From: Bdellovibrionales bacterium CG10_big_fil_rev_8_21_14_0_10_45_34
Lineage (GTDB): Bacteria; Bdellovibrionota; Bdellovibrionia; Bdellovibrionales; 1-14-0-10-45-34
Direction of reading: 5' to 3'
DNA length: 64,000 bases
Assembly (NCBI GenBank): GCA_002778785.1
Contig: PEZS01000001.1
Span: forward strand, 13,894-77,893
Position 1 is the first letter of the stretch, and every line of letters begins with the position of its first letter. This document shows, in pieces, positions 1 through 10,944 of this stretch. A program made the translations under genes and the position numbers. Under the pieces are notes generated by a model. The model was not told the origin of the DNA. It saw nothing but the letters and a program-made list of their open reading frames with translations, and did no database searches.

Positions 1-494
1 CCGTAAGAGACGCAGTGGCAGTCGTAGAGAACCAAATGAAGCAGTTCGTCAGCGCAAATGGATCGCGCACGGTTGATGATTTTCATAAAGAGCTCGGGCT
101 CATTATGTGGAATGAGTGCGGCATGGCAAGAAACTCTGCGGGCTTAAAGGGCGCGCTTTCGAAGATACAAGAGCTGCAAGAAAGATTTCTGAAAGAGATT
201 CGCGTACCCGGCGGAGCAGAAACGTACAACCAAGAGCTTGAAAAAGCGGGCCGTGTAAAAGACTTTTTAGAATTGGGTGAGTTAATGGTTCGAGATGCCT
301 TACACCGCGAAGAAAGCTGCGGAGGACACTTTAGAGAAGAGTATCAAACGACCGAGGGAGAGGCTCTTAGAAACGATGATAAGTTTTGTTATGTGGCGGC
401 TTGGGAGTTTAAAGGTGCCGGAAGCGAACCCGTTCTCAACAAAGAACCTTTGTCTTTTGATAACGTAAAACTCACTCAGCGAAGTTACAAATAA
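1..494 (+). CDS. sdhA: Succinate dehydrogenase/fumarate reductase flavoprotein subunit, C-terminal part (runs in from left edge)
   Basis: [17 protein letters not shown] motif and terminal ...QRSYK; directly upstream of the Fe-S subunit. Confidence 0.95.
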   Translation, partial: VRDAVAVVENQMKQFVSANGSRTVDDFHKELGLIMWNECGMARNSAGLKGALSKIQELQERFLKEIRVPGGAETYNQELEKAGRVKDFLELGELMVRDALHREESCGGHFREEYQTTEGEALRNDDKFCYVAAWEFKGAGSEPVLNKEPLSFDNVKLTQRSYK

Positions 495-505
495 AGGATC
501 AAAGA

Positions 506-1267
506 ATGAGCGAAAATAAGAAGATGACGATTTATCTACGTGTTTGGCGTCAGCAGTCTGTTCAAAGTGAGGGGCAACTCGTTGATTACACAGTTAAAGA
601 TGTTTCCCCAGATATGTCCTTTCTTGAAATGTTCGATGTACTTAACCAGCAACTCATTAAAAAAGGCGAAGAACCCATTGTGTTTGACCATGATTGCCGA
701 GAGGGAATTTGTGGTACTTGTTCAATGACTATTGACGGAGTTCCTCATGGGCCAGAAAAGGGCGTGGCTACTTGCCAACTACATATGAGAAGTTATTCCG
801 ACGGGGACTCAATCGTCGTAGAGCCTTTTCGGGCCAAAAGCTTTTCAATTATCAAAGATCTTTCGGTAGACAGATCGGCTTTTGATCGCATTGTCGGCGC
901 AGGTGGCTATGTGTCAGTTAACACTGGCAGTGCTCAAGACGCGAACAATCTTCCGGTACCAAAGGAAGATGCCGATCGGGCCTTTGACTTTGCAACTTGT
1001 ATTGGTTGCGGAGCTTGTGTGGCCGCATGTAAAAACGGTTCTGCTATGTTGTTTGTCGGAGCAAAGGTCGCTCAGCTCTCGTTACTTCCACAGGGACAAG
1101 CAGAGAGAACTCGCCGTGCTATTAACATGGTCGCACAAATGGACGAAGAAGGGTTTGGCGCTTGTTCAACAACAGGAGCTTGCTCTGCAACTTGCCCTAA
1201 AGAGATTAGCCTTGAGGCCATTGCTCGGCTAAACCGCGAATACACCCGCGCCAAACTCAAATCCTAA
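506..1267 (+). CDS. sdhB: Succinate dehydrogenase/fumarate reductase iron-sulfur subunit
   Basis: [21 protein letters not shown] and [12 protein letters not shown] Fe-S motifs. Confidence 0.95.
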   Translation: MSENKKMTIYLRVWRQQSVQSEGQLVDYTVKDVSPDMSFLEMFDVLNQQLIKKGEEPIVFDHDCREGICGTCSMTIDGVPHGPEKGVATCQLHMRSYSDGDSIVVEPFRAKSFSIIKDLSVDRSAFDRIVGAGGYVSVNTGSAQDANNLPVPKEDADRAFDFATCIGCGACVAACKNGSAMLFVGAKVAQLSLLPQGQAERTRRAINMVAQMDEEGFGACSTTGACSATCPKEISLEAIARLNREYTRAKLKS

Positions 1268-1355
1268 AGGTACTAAAGGTACGGAGTCACTTGTGGGACT
1301 CGACGCGTTAGACTCACCGAGTCCCACAAGTGACTCCGTACCTTTAGTACCTTTA
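1265..1355. repeat. Perfect 38-bp inverted repeat with 15-nt loop between convergent genes (possible bidirectional terminator)
   Basis: Arm 1265-1302 TAAAGGTACTAAAGGTACGGAGTCACTTGTGGGACTCG is the exact reverse complement of 1318-1355. Confidence 0.9.
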
Positions 1356-1367
1356 TTCTTCTTGGGT

Positions 1368-1631
1368 TTAAGAAAAAGTGGGGCCTTGGTTGGGGCGTGA
1401 ACTTCCGTCTGACTTATTTGCTTCGTTCTGAGCAGCAGGTGTCTTGCCTCTATCAAGTGCCCAAAGAATAAGGCCCATAGAAACACTGATTAACACCAGT
1501 ACGCCCATAGTTCTGCCAATGAGATCATTAGCAATGTCTTTTTGAATGATTCCCAAAATCCACAAGATGCCAATAGTTGCAGCGTCAAGGACACTAACTA
1601 TAAAGAATAATTGCCAGACTTTTATTTTCAT
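1368..1631 (-). CDS. Small two-TM hypothetical membrane protein
   Basis: Two hydrophobic segments; likely start MKIKVW at 1631. Confidence 0.65.
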   Translation of the reverse strand: MKIKVWQLFFIVSVLDAATIGILWILGIIQKDIANDLIGRTMGVLVLISVSMGLILWALDRGKTPAAQNEANKSDGSSRPNQGPTFS

Positions 1632-1861
1632 AAACCCCATCCAATACTTAAGTAGTCTATACACCTCTTTTTAAATGCGCCAAAGTAACGTCGTCGAGCT
1701 AGACCCTCAGCTAGGGCATATCTCTCGGCCACAGAGGGCTCGTATCTAACCCAACTAGACCATTCGGTTCGACTCTTCGTTTCAATCTTGAGCTTCCATG
1801 AAAATCTATTTATTCGTGCATATGTTCCTCCGATAAAGATTCGTTGCCGGAGGGGTGTCGC

Positions 1862-2449
1862 GTGAATCATTTTTGGCTGATCTTCATTGGAGTCGTGTTG
1901 GCAAGTTTCGGTGGTATGATGGTGAACATATATAACGGACTCGTTCGCCTCAGAAGCCAGGTCGAAAGAGCTTGGGCAAATATAGAAGTTGTCCTTAAAC
2001 AACGATTCGACGAGATTCCTCAAATCGTGCAAGTCGTTGAACAATATGCTGGCTATGAATCAAGTGTTCTTAAGGACCTTGCGCAAGCAAGAACTCGCTA
2101 CGGATCTGCCGGTTCAGTGGGGCAAAAAATCAAAGCGGCCCAAGATATGAGCATTGCGCTCAGCGGAGTGATGGCCATCGGAGAAGCGTATCCAGAGTTG
2201 AAGGCCAACGAAAATTTCAAACAGCTTCAGCAGCGAGTCTCCGCACTAGAAAGCCAAATTGCCGATCGTCGAGAGACCTACAACGATGTTATCGCTAACT
2301 TTAACGCAAGAATTGAGCAGTTCCCGGATGTATTCGCCGCGAAGTTTTTGAATTATCAACGGCAAGAAATGTTCAAGGCCACCGAACAAGAGCGAAACAC
2401 CATTCCGAGCTTAAAGATGAATCTGCCAGGTTCAAGAGCTGCTAGCTAA
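1862..2449 (+). CDS. lemA: LemA family protein
   Basis: N-terminal TM, YNGLVRLR..V..AWANIEVVLKQRFD, EAYPELKANENF motifs. Confidence 0.93.
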   Translation: MNHFWLIFIGVVLASFGGMMVNIYNGLVRLRSQVERAWANIEVVLKQRFDEIPQIVQVVEQYAGYESSVLKDLAQARTRYGSAGSVGQKIKAAQDMSIALSGVMAIGEAYPELKANENFKQLQQRVSALESQIADRRETYNDVIANFNARIEQFPDVFAAKFLNYQRQEMFKATEQERNTIPSLKMNLPGSRAAS

Positions 2450-2559
2450 TTCGTAGCAGGAAAACAGTGGAATACTGTGGAGTTACTAGAGTGTAGGCGA
2501 TGAACAATGAAAAATAGGCACTTTAAAAGAGCGACGAGCATAGAAAGCTTTGAGTACGC

Positions 2560-3912
2560 ATGGAGAGGCTGATAATAGCAAGCTTCATCGCAGGAGCCTA
2601 TCTACTCTTTGACGCCTTCAAAAGAAGTCAGAGACGGAGAAAAGTTGAGGATACTCCGCGAAGCCGCATAGAGACGGCCCCTCAGGGGCATGTCGAGTTT
2701 GAAGGCTTTGCATGGCCTTTAGGAGAAACTACGGTAGCTGCCGACGGCAATGACAGCGTCTATTACACGTTCGAACTTCAAAAGAAAGAGAAAACAGGGT
2801 CAGGTAAGTCGCGCCGAAGCAAATGGACGACCATTTTTTCAAAGTACCACATTCTTCCAATTTACGTTTTCGACGGATCTGGGCTCGCCATTGTCGATCC
2901 CTCTTCAGCCAAGCTAGAGCTCGTAAAAAAAGCGAATCGGAGATGGGCTCTGCTTGATCATGAGACAAAGCAAAGGATCAGAGACTTCGTTGCAGATAAG
3001 AAAGCAATTAGACTGCCTTCATGGGGGCTTTTAGGTAACTTTTTAGGTCCTAGCTATCGCATCAAACAATGTCAAATATGCGTGGGTGCGCCCCTTTATG
3101 TGAGCGGACATTTTAAGTCGCTTCAAACTCAGACGACTCAGTCGGCTGCACTCGCAGAGTTTTATAAACTCGTCTATGACACGAGCACGCAGCGACTGCG
3201 AAACAATGCAGCGATCTTAGATACCAACAATGATTCAAAGATCTCTGCAAAGGAGATAAGAAGAGGCTACCCAATTGCTGCACAGATTGCTTTGAGAAGA
3301 GCTGAAGAAAAACCTGGAAGCGACGGTAGTGATGTGCACGCCAGTTCTCACTTTCAGATTTATGGCACAGTTGGAAGTAGTGATCACGAAGATCTCTTCG
3401 TGTCTGATCTTCATGAAGAGCATTTGTCGAATCATCTCGGAAGAGCACTCGCACTGCGATACGCTGCAGGTGCAATGCTCTTGGCTTTGGCGATGGGACT
3501 GGGTGTTGATATGCTCAACGGTAACTTCAACCGGAGAAGCAAACGATCGGTATCGCCCAAACAACATGCAACAAAACAGAGTTCGCCGGCGGCTACAACG
3601 CATCCTTCGAATGCAGACCAAGGCGATTCACCTACTACTTTGGGAGTTGGCTCAGTTCGCCAAATTGATCGAAAAGTTGCAATTGCCGATAGCGTGAGCC
3701 ACGAGAGTGCTTTGATAGAGAGTGAAGAAAAACAGCACGAAGATTCGCCCGTGCTGCTGCATGAAAGATGTGTGGGCGGCGATCAAGTTTCTTGTAGAAC
3801 TCTCGTGTTTCGCAGTGAGAACTACCAGCTTTCTGAGAAACATATCAGCTATTACAAACATCGAGCCTGCCAGCTCGGTGCAAAATCCCTTTGCGAAACC
3901 AAGGCGCCATAA
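2560..3912 (+). CDS. GIDE-domain-like membrane protein with EF-hand-like loop and Cys-containing C-terminus
   Basis: EDTPRSRIETAPQGHVEFEG motif; LDTNNDSKISAKE loop; adjacent to lemA as is common for this family. Confidence 0.65.
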   Translation: MERLIIASFIAGAYLLFDAFKRSQRRRKVEDTPRSRIETAPQGHVEFEGFAWPLGETTVAADGNDSVYYTFELQKKEKTGSGKSRRSKWTTIFSKYHILPIYVFDGSGLAIVDPSSAKLELVKKANRRWALLDHETKQRIRDFVADKKAIRLPSWGLLGNFLGPSYRIKQCQICVGAPLYVSGHFKSLQTQTTQSAALAEFYKLVYDTSTQRLRNNAAILDTNNDSKISAKEIRRGYPIAAQIALRRAEEKPGSDGSDVHASSHFQIYGTVGSSDHEDLFVSDLHEEHLSNHLGRALALRYAAGAMLLALAMGLGVDMLNGNFNRRSKRSVSPKQHATKQSSPAATTHPSNADQGDSPTTLGVGSVRQIDRKVAIADSVSHESALIESEEKQHEDSPVLLHERCVGGDQVSCRTLVFRSENYQLSEKHISYYKHRACQLGAKSLCETKAP

Positions 3913-4013
3913 TTTTAAGTTAAAATGAGGGTATTTGTTGCTGACGGCATCACAAGCTTCAACTAGATGTCACAAACTCAATTAAAGGTTTCCAGCAGTC
4001 ACATGGCGAACAA

Positions 4014-5369
4014 CTATGGGTATTTCCAGCTGGCTTTCGTTAAGCGATTGTCAATCGCGATAGATAAGCTTGAGCCAATCGGTAAAGGCAATATCGCCAT
4101 CCAATCAAAATCAGAATGTTCAAAGTCTCTGAGAATTCCAAACAGAGACTTTGCTAGTTCGGCATCCCAATCTTTGGGGGCCTGAGTGTACAGCTCACGA
4201 AATTCAATTTGGCCAAGCACATTCTTAAAGTGCTCCTTCAAGGGTTGCTCAATAAGCTCAAGTGAAAGTACAAGGCCTCGCTTTTGCTGTTTTGATTGCT
4301 GAAAATCTGGGTACAGCGTTTCTAGTTTTTCAAGAAGAACTTCTGCAAGGCGCTGCTTACCCGAATGCTCGTTTAATCCGAGGCTGCTACAAGTAGCTTT
4401 GTTGAAATAGATGAGGGGTTTGTCGGGTGCGTAGTGCGAAGGCATTTCACCAGGGGCTATATTTTCAGGGGCTATGCCACCACCGCGGGCGATGCTTTCC
4501 GCAGGGGATGTGCTTCCAGGGGGTATGTCTTCCTTGGGTTCAATTTGCGTATGATCCAAGCGCTCAGATATTTGTCCTGCAGATTTCACACCGGCCAACT
4601 CTTTCGATGTGATTTTCCATCCCATTTCTTGAAGCAGACTCACGTCAAAGGCTCCGGGGCGCAAGAGTGCGAATTGTTTTTTTGGATAGAACTGCACAAT
4701 CGTCGACTCAATTCCAATTGCAGTGGGCCCGCTATCGAGGATCAAAGGAATTTCTCCGCAAAGATCGTCAAAGACATGAGCAGCAGAAGTTGGGCTTACA
4801 TGACCAAAACGGTTAGCGCTTGGTGCACAGAGTGGCTCCTTGAGTAGGGCTAAAACTTCCGCAAAGACGGGATGGGCTGGGGAGCGAAGGGCAACTGTGG
4901 GTTGTCCACTGGTCGCCGTGTCTGAGACGTGGGAATGCTTCGGTAAAACGACTGTGAGTGGCCCTGGCCAGTGAGCCCGAAGTGTTCGCTCGATGAGCTC
5001 GAGAGTTTCATGGTCAAACAATAGAGAAATGTCGCTGGAGAGAACTTTAAGTTCTACCAGGTGATCGATCCAGACCATTCTTTCATCAAAAGATTTACTC
5101 TGAAGTTTGTGCAAAATCTGAGCGAAGCGATCAGACGAAGTAGGTGTTTCACCCCCTACGTGCTCAGGAACTGGAACGTGTACGATCAAGGGATCGTGAG
5201 ACGGGCGACCCTTGGCCTTAAAAATCTTTTTTAGCGCTGCTTTGTCAAACGTGCGTCCCGCCAGTCCGTAAACGGTCTCTGTGGGTAGGGCAACGATGGA
5301 TCCTTTTTTTAAAAGGTTCACAGCTTTTAATATCGCGTTCGCGTTAGCGGGAAGAATTTCGGTTAACAT
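4014..5369 (-). CDS. sua5: L-threonylcarbamoyladenylate synthase, Sua5 type
   Basis: VALPTETVYGLA, KGRPSHDPLIVH, WPGPLT, APSANRFG, APGEMPSHYAP. Confidence 0.93.
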   Translation of the reverse strand: MLTEILPANANAILKAVNLLKKGSIVALPTETVYGLAGRTFDKAALKKIFKAKGRPSHDPLIVHVPVPEHVGGETPTSSDRFAQILHKLQSKSFDERMVWIDHLVELKVLSSDISLLFDHETLELIERTLRAHWPGPLTVVLPKHSHVSDTATSGQPTVALRSPAHPVFAEVLALLKEPLCAPSANRFGHVSPTSAAHVFDDLCGEIPLILDSGPTAIGIESTIVQFYPKKQFALLRPGAFDVSLLQEMGWKITSKELAGVKSAGQISERLDHTQIEPKEDIPPGSTSPAESIARGGGIAPENIAPGEMPSHYAPDKPLIYFNKATCSSLGLNEHSGKQRLAEVLLEKLETLYPDFQQSKQQKRGLVLSLELIEQPLKEHFKNVLGQIEFRELYTQAPKDWDAELAKSLFGILRDFEHSDFDWMAILPLPIGSSLSIAIDNRLTKASWKYP

Positions 5370-5939
5370 CAGTGGGCATCGCTCATACGGTTGATCTGAA
5401 TCTGGCGTAGGTCTTTGTGTTGCATAGTGGCAATGTACGATTCGCCGAGGGCCTTCAAAATGTCAACACATCGCCCCTAAAACTCCCGTCAAACCTCTAT
5501 CAGAACTCCTATGGCCGAAATACAATTTAGCGGATGGTTACTGAATAGAGTTGTTAGTTTAGTATCAATCTGGCCCCACTTTTTTTTATGCACCACTCGC
5601 CATAATTTCTACTTATGAAGCTCATCCCAGGGACTTTTTCAAAGAAGTGAAAACTCCCATAAACTTCAGGACTAAAGGCCGAAACGACACCAAAAGTCCT
5701 GGCACCAACGTTGCTTTATGTAAAGACAACCCGCCCGACCCCCCGCAATCGCGGAGACCTAAGAGTCGGCACTATCCTACCATCAATCCTATCCAGATGA
5801 AGGGGGCAACAAGCCTCCCCTTCAGCCTTTGTGGCTCATCGAAAACGAATACGGCACCAACGTTATTAACAGAGGATCCGGTACCTAGCGCGATCGATAA
5901 GTCTTCGTCACTATCGATGTTTCATCAGCCATTCTAAGA

Positions 5940-7235
5940 CTAAGGCTTGAAATTTCTAGGAAGTTTCTTCCAGCAATCCAAGTAGTCATTCTGCAACAAG
6001 CCTGGCTCAGACAAAGCCCACTTTGTAGGAGTAAAAACATGCCGGCTCTCCCACATAAAGGCCATGGTGTTGTCGAGTTTCATTGGCTTTAACTGACTCT
6101 CAGTTGCCTTTTTAAAAGCTTCAACATCGGGCCCATGCCCCGACATGGAATTGTGCAGACTTGAGGCTCCGGGCACGAAGCCTGTTTCTTTAGCATCATA
6201 GGTGCCGCAAATCATTCCCATATACTCACTCATCAAATTTCTATGGTAGTAGGGTGGACGAAACGTGTCTTCTGCCACCATCCAGCGCGGTGGAAAAATA
6301 GCGAAATCAAAATTGGCAAATCCGGGTTTCTCACTGGCGGATGTAAGCACCGTGAAAATCGACGGATCAGGGTGATCAAAACTTATAGTGCCGATAGTGT
6401 TAAACTTTCGAAGGTCATACTTGTACGGAAAGTAATTGCCATGCCAGGCAATGACATCAAGCGGATGCCCCGGCGTTTGAGTTTTAAAAATGCGATCCTG
6501 GTACTTCCAGAAGAGAGTGGCAGAGTCTGGCTCGTCAAAGTAGTGGGCGACAGGAGCCAAAAAATCTCTCGGACTGGCTAGTCCGTTCGACCCTATAGGA
6601 CCTAGCTCGGGCAAGCGAAAGGGTGAACCGCAGTTTTCAAGCACATATCCGGCGCAGGAACTACCCGATGCGTCGCTCGAGCGTACTTGAAACTTTACTC
6701 CTCTAGGGATAACGGCAAATTCAAGAGGCTCCACCACTAAAATGCCAAACTCGGTAAGGATCTCAAGCTCTCCTTGATAAGGAATAATCATCCACTCGCC
6801 ATCAGAGGATATCAAAAACTCGTTGAGAGAAGAATCATTGAAGTTGTAGAGAAAAACATGTCCACCCTGCTGGCCGCTGCCATTAGAAACTATGCATCTT
6901 AAGCTTTTTAGAAAGCTCGTAGAAGCGGTACCCCGTAGAGGATTCCACCGGTACTGCTCTGGTGAGGGCTTTGCCAGTTCAGCAAGAGAATCAGTAAGGA
7001 GGGTAGGCTCTTCAACAAAACTCGAATGTCCTACGGTGGGTTTAATTCTGTAAAGCCAAGATCTCAAATTAAGTTCTCGCGGAGCGGTGAAGCTACTACC
7101 GCTGAGCTGCTCAGCATAAAGCCCGAACTTGGGTCTCTGTGGGGAATTACCTCGCTCCGGAAGCGCTCCTGGTAAGGCTTCTGAGCAATGATAGTTAGGA
7201 AATCCAGAAAGATACTTTGGTTGTTTGCGGCTCAT
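5940..7235 (-). CDS. hmgA: Homogentisate 1,2-dioxygenase
   Basis: GLYAEQLSGSSFTAPR, DHPDPSIFTVLT, FRPPYYHRN, HGPD. Confidence 0.96.
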   Translation of the reverse strand: MSRKQPKYLSGFPNYHCSEALPGALPERGNSPQRPKFGLYAEQLSGSSFTAPRELNLRSWLYRIKPTVGHSSFVEEPTLLTDSLAELAKPSPEQYRWNPLRGTASTSFLKSLRCIVSNGSGQQGGHVFLYNFNDSSLNEFLISSDGEWMIIPYQGELEILTEFGILVVEPLEFAVIPRGVKFQVRSSDASGSSCAGYVLENCGSPFRLPELGPIGSNGLASPRDFLAPVAHYFDEPDSATLFWKYQDRIFKTQTPGHPLDVIAWHGNYFPYKYDLRKFNTIGTISFDHPDPSIFTVLTSASEKPGFANFDFAIFPPRWMVAEDTFRPPYYHRNLMSEYMGMICGTYDAKETGFVPGASSLHNSMSGHGPDVEAFKKATESQLKPMKLDNTMAFMWESRHVFTPTKWALSEPGLLQNDYLDCWKKLPRNFKP

Positions 7236-7421
7236 AAATCTCCTATATCTCAAAATGAGATCGGCGGCCACTCACCCTGCGGCCGGTAGACTTTCTTGGC
7301 AGCGCCTTTGTGAGGTGAGCTGTTTCTTTTGTGACTGTAGCAATGGGCCAAAAGCCTGTATAGGCTATCGACAATATTTTAAAGAGTTAGCCTTGTTCAG
7401 TTTTAATCCGATCCTTTAAGT

Positions 7422-7910
7422 ATGCGTCAAATCACTCATTTAGTAGTATTCCGCTTTCGGATCGTGACCCTGTTTTTAGGGACTATTTGCACTTGTTCAT
7501 TTGCCAGCCAGGCGTGGGCCGGAAACTTTAGGTACACTTCACCACCTTTGGGCCTTGAAATCGAAGATCATGTGCGAGTCCAAGAAGACCCACAGTTTGA
7601 GAGCTATTTAAAATCGCGTGCGCAAGAAGAAGTGACAAACGAAAAATACCGCAAGGCTGAAGTCAAAAAAAGGTACGAGCAATTGGAAGTCGAAGAGAAT
7701 CAGCGGCGTGCTCAGGTCAAAAAGCGCAGGGAGCAACGAGTTCAAAGAAAGATCGCCTCTGTGAATCAGCACGATAGAGCCGAGCGCGTATGGCAGGCCA
7801 AGCATGAGCAGGCCGAAAAAGCCTACGCGATCAAGCGGCGAGAAGAAGCTGGTCAGGCTGAAGAGCTTAGAATGCGTCGACTCAAAGCCTACTCTCATTC
7901 GAAGCGCTAG
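7422..7910 (+). CDS. Hypothetical secreted, charged coiled-coil protein
   Basis: Signal-peptide-like N-terminus (SQAWA), E/K/R-rich body. Confidence 0.6.
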   Translation: MRQITHLVVFRFRIVTLFLGTICTCSFASQAWAGNFRYTSPPLGLEIEDHVRVQEDPQFESYLKSRAQEEVTNEKYRKAEVKKRYEQLEVEENQRRAQVKKRREQRVQRKIASVNQHDRAERVWQAKHEQAEKAYAIKRREEAGQAEELRMRRLKAYSHSKR

Positions 7911-7959
7911 TACGCGCGGGCCTGTTGAAAGAAATGCAACTCCGTGTATAGTTGGCAAC

Positions 7960-8847
7960 ATGCTAAACAAAGAGAGTATTCGCGATTACTTACTGTCCTT
8001 GCAAGATAACATTTGCCAAGCGCTAACAGACATCAACGAGGCAGGATTTCAAGAGGACCATTGGCAGCGCGACGGCGGCGGCGGTGGCAGAACCCGAGTT
8101 TTTAGTGACAACGGCAAACTTCTTGAAAAGGGTGGAGTTAACTTTTCAGAGGTTTTCGGAGAGTTTAGCCCTGAGTTCGCGAAGACCCTTCCCAAAGGCG
8201 AGGGCACCAGCTTCTATGCGACCGGAGTTTCTCTTGTGCTCCACCCCAAAAATCCTTATGTACCTACAGTTCATGCGAATTACCGGTATCTCGAACGCGG
8301 TGGCGTGGGTTGGTTCGGGGGTGGATGCGACTTAACTCCTTATTACCCTTTTCATGAAGACATAGTTCACTTTCATAAAACCTATAAAGACGCTCTCGAC
8401 GATTTCGATCCAGTATTGTATCCAAAGTTTAAGAAAGCCTGCGATGAGTATTTTTATTTGCCACATCGCCTTGAAACTAGAGGTGTGGGCGGCATTTTCT
8501 TTGACTATGAAGAAGCCACAAACGAGATGTATTCTTTAGTACAAAAGCTCGGCAATCAGTTTGTACCATCTTACCTGCCCATCGCTTCCAAAAGACTCGA
8601 GCACTCATTTACCGAGAAAGAGAAAACCTTCCAAGAGATCCGGCGCGGGCGTTACGTGGAGTTCAATCTCATCTACGATCGCGGTACACTATTTGGCTTA
8701 AAGACCGGCGGAAGAATCGAGTCGATTCTGATGTCGCTTCCGAAGCATGCGCAGTGGCATTATAGTTACGAGCCAGAGCCCAATTCGGCTGAGGCTAGGC
8801 TCAAGGAATACCTCAAGCCCACGGACTGGCTCGCCAAACTTATCTAA
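7960..8847 (+). CDS. hemF: Oxygen-dependent coproporphyrinogen III oxidase
   Basis: EKGGVNFSEV, WFGGGCDLTP, RRGRYVEFNLIYDRGTLFGL; start taken at MLNKES. Confidence 0.96.
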   Translation: MLNKESIRDYLLSLQDNICQALTDINEAGFQEDHWQRDGGGGGRTRVFSDNGKLLEKGGVNFSEVFGEFSPEFAKTLPKGEGTSFYATGVSLVLHPKNPYVPTVHANYRYLERGGVGWFGGGCDLTPYYPFHEDIVHFHKTYKDALDDFDPVLYPKFKKACDEYFYLPHRLETRGVGGIFFDYEEATNEMYSLVQKLGNQFVPSYLPIASKRLEHSFTEKEKTFQEIRRGRYVEFNLIYDRGTLFGLKTGGRIESILMSLPKHAQWHYSYEPEPNSAEARLKEYLKPTDWLAKLI

Positions 8848-10766
8848 TTCAGTTCGGCTGAGAGCAGCAACTCGGACACTTGCTTTGCAAAAGCGCCGGG
8901 ATTTTCTATCGAAGAACCCTCGCTAAGCAGCGCCTGATTTACCAGGAAGGCGCCCCATTGGATTTGCTTTTCCTTAGACGCTTTTGAAAGTTTATCAATT
9001 AAAGGATGTTCAGGGTTAATCTCCAAAATGCGCTTTGGTTTTTGATTCTGACCAAGCCCCATAGTTGACATCATTTTCTCTAATCGGGCTGAGGGGTCAT
9101 AAGCTCCAGAAACTAAGCAAACTGCAGAGTCTTTCATTCGCTCTGATAGTTGCACTTCACGGACGCCCTCTTTGAGAGATTCATTAAGATTAGTAAGCAA
9201 CTCCTTATATTTTTCATCCCATATCGACTTTAGCTTTTCTCTTTCAGACTTCTGCTCGGTTGTGAGCAAATCAACACCCTCTTTAGTGATCGCCTGAAGA
9301 CGTTTACCTTCGTATTCCCCAATGAGATCAACGATCCAATCATCAATTGTATCAATGAAATAAATGACTTCAATGCCGTTGGCCATGGCCTGCTCCACAT
9401 GGGGGCTAGACTTCATAGTCGCAAGATTATCGCCTGTAATGTAGAAGATGCTTGTTTGATCTTCTTTCATGCGAGAAATATAGTCCTTTAAGCTTGATGG
9501 ATTCTCACTGGTTGAAGAATTAAACAACATAAGATCTAAGAGAGCCGATTTGTGGTCGGCATCAACGGCGATACCTTCTTTGAGGGTAGTTCCAAATTCC
9601 TTCCAGAATGCCAGATAGTTCTCAGGTTCTTTGTTTTTCATTTCAGACAGCGTTTTTAAAATCTTTGAAACCAGAGACTTTTTAATCTGAACCACTTGAC
9701 GATCTTGTTGCAGCATTTCTCTAGAAACGTTGAGAGACAAATCACTACTGTCAACTACGCCTTTAACAAATCGCAGGTACTCAGGCAGAATGCTTTCGCA
9801 GTCGCCCATAATGAACACACGTTTAGCATAGAGGCTGAGCCCCCATTTCGTGTCTCGATAGTTGAAATTAAATGGACGCTTTGAGGGTATATAAAGAAGA
9901 CTGGAAAACTCTAATGTACCTTCTGCGCGGAAGTGAACGGTTTTTAATGGGTCAGCCCATTCGTGTGTTAAGTGTTTGTAGAATTCGTTGTACTCGTCGG
10001 GTTTGATTTCAGACGGTGATCTCAACCAAAGTGCTTTTTGCGAATTGAGAGTTTGATCTTCAACAACTTCCTCAAATTCCCCTTCGATCACCTTGCCCTC
10101 AGAATCTTTTTTGGGGACTTCCGACTTACTCATCATTTTGATCGGGTAGGATATAAAATCAGAATACTTTTTAATGAGAGATTTAATTTGGTGTTCGTCG
10201 ATGAAGTCGAGTTCGTTATCCTCTTCTTCAAACGTTTTTAACTTTAGTGAGATTGTCGTGCCAGGGCCTTCAGGGCGGGGAGCCTCAGAAACCGTGTACT
10301 CTCCAGCTCCACTAGACTTCCATACTGTGCCGCTGCTGGTGCCAGCTTTCTGTGTGTGAACAGTCACTTCATCCGCAACCATAAACGCGGAGTAAAAGCC
10401 TACTCCAAATTGACCAATGAGCTCGGGATTTGCTGAAAGATCCTTTTTAAGCTGCGCCCACTTTTTTGTCCCGCTATGAGCAATCGTCCCGAGGTACTCT
10501 TCAACCTCTTGGGTGGTCATACCAATTCCGTTATCTTTGATCTTAAGAATTCGGTGGGGCTCATCGATTTCGAGTCGCACAGCCAGTTCGTCTGAAGTCG
10601 CTACATTCCCATCAGAAAGTCCTTCGACACGCCTTTTATCGAGGGCATCGCTAGCATTTGAAATAAGCTCCCTTAAAAAAACTTCCTTTTTTGAATAAAG
10701 GGAATGGATCATTAGATCCAAGATTTCTTTAATTTCTGCCTGAAACGTCTTTACCTGAGTCGACAT
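8844..10766 (-). CDS. htpG: Molecular chaperone HtpG (Hsp90)
   Basis: FLRELISNASDA, IGQFGVGFYS, LNVSREMLQ. Confidence 0.97.
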   Translation of the reverse strand: MSTQVKTFQAEIKEILDLMIHSLYSKKEVFLRELISNASDALDKRRVEGLSDGNVATSDELAVRLEIDEPHRILKIKDNGIGMTTQEVEEYLGTIAHSGTKKWAQLKKDLSANPELIGQFGVGFYSAFMVADEVTVHTQKAGTSSGTVWKSSGAGEYTVSEAPRPEGPGTTISLKLKTFEEEDNELDFIDEHQIKSLIKKYSDFISYPIKMMSKSEVPKKDSEGKVIEGEFEEVVEDQTLNSQKALWLRSPSEIKPDEYNEFYKHLTHEWADPLKTVHFRAEGTLEFSSLLYIPSKRPFNFNYRDTKWGLSLYAKRVFIMGDCESILPEYLRFVKGVVDSSDLSLNVSREMLQQDRQVVQIKKSLVSKILKTLSEMKNKEPENYLAFWKEFGTTLKEGIAVDADHKSALLDLMLFNSSTSENPSSLKDYISRMKEDQTSIFYITGDNLATMKSSPHVEQAMANGIEVIYFIDTIDDWIVDLIGEYEGKRLQAITKEGVDLLTTEQKSEREKLKSIWDEKYKELLTNLNESLKEGVREVQLSERMKDSAVCLVSGAYDPSARLEKMMSTMGLGQNQKPKRILEINPEHPLIDKLSKASKEKQIQWGAFLVNQALLSEGSSIENPGAFAKQVSELLLSAELN

Positions 10767-10944
10767 TGCCGCCTCTCCTTTGGTTTATTCTGATGGGTTA
10801 CTATGAATTTCCGAGCTGGCGCTGGGGCTCGCTCGCTACCTTCCACCAAGTGATTAGTGTCAATATGGGTAGGTTCGTCCAGAAATCAAGTCTTTAGGGG
10901 CCCTTAAAGTTCAGTGATCCCCTAAAATTCTCGAAAACAAAGGT

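Noticed and set aside
5369-5425. 18-aa uORF (MQHKDLRQIQINRMSDAH) overlapping the sua5 start
   Set aside because: No clear SD or diagnostic codon bias; cannot support a leader-peptide role.
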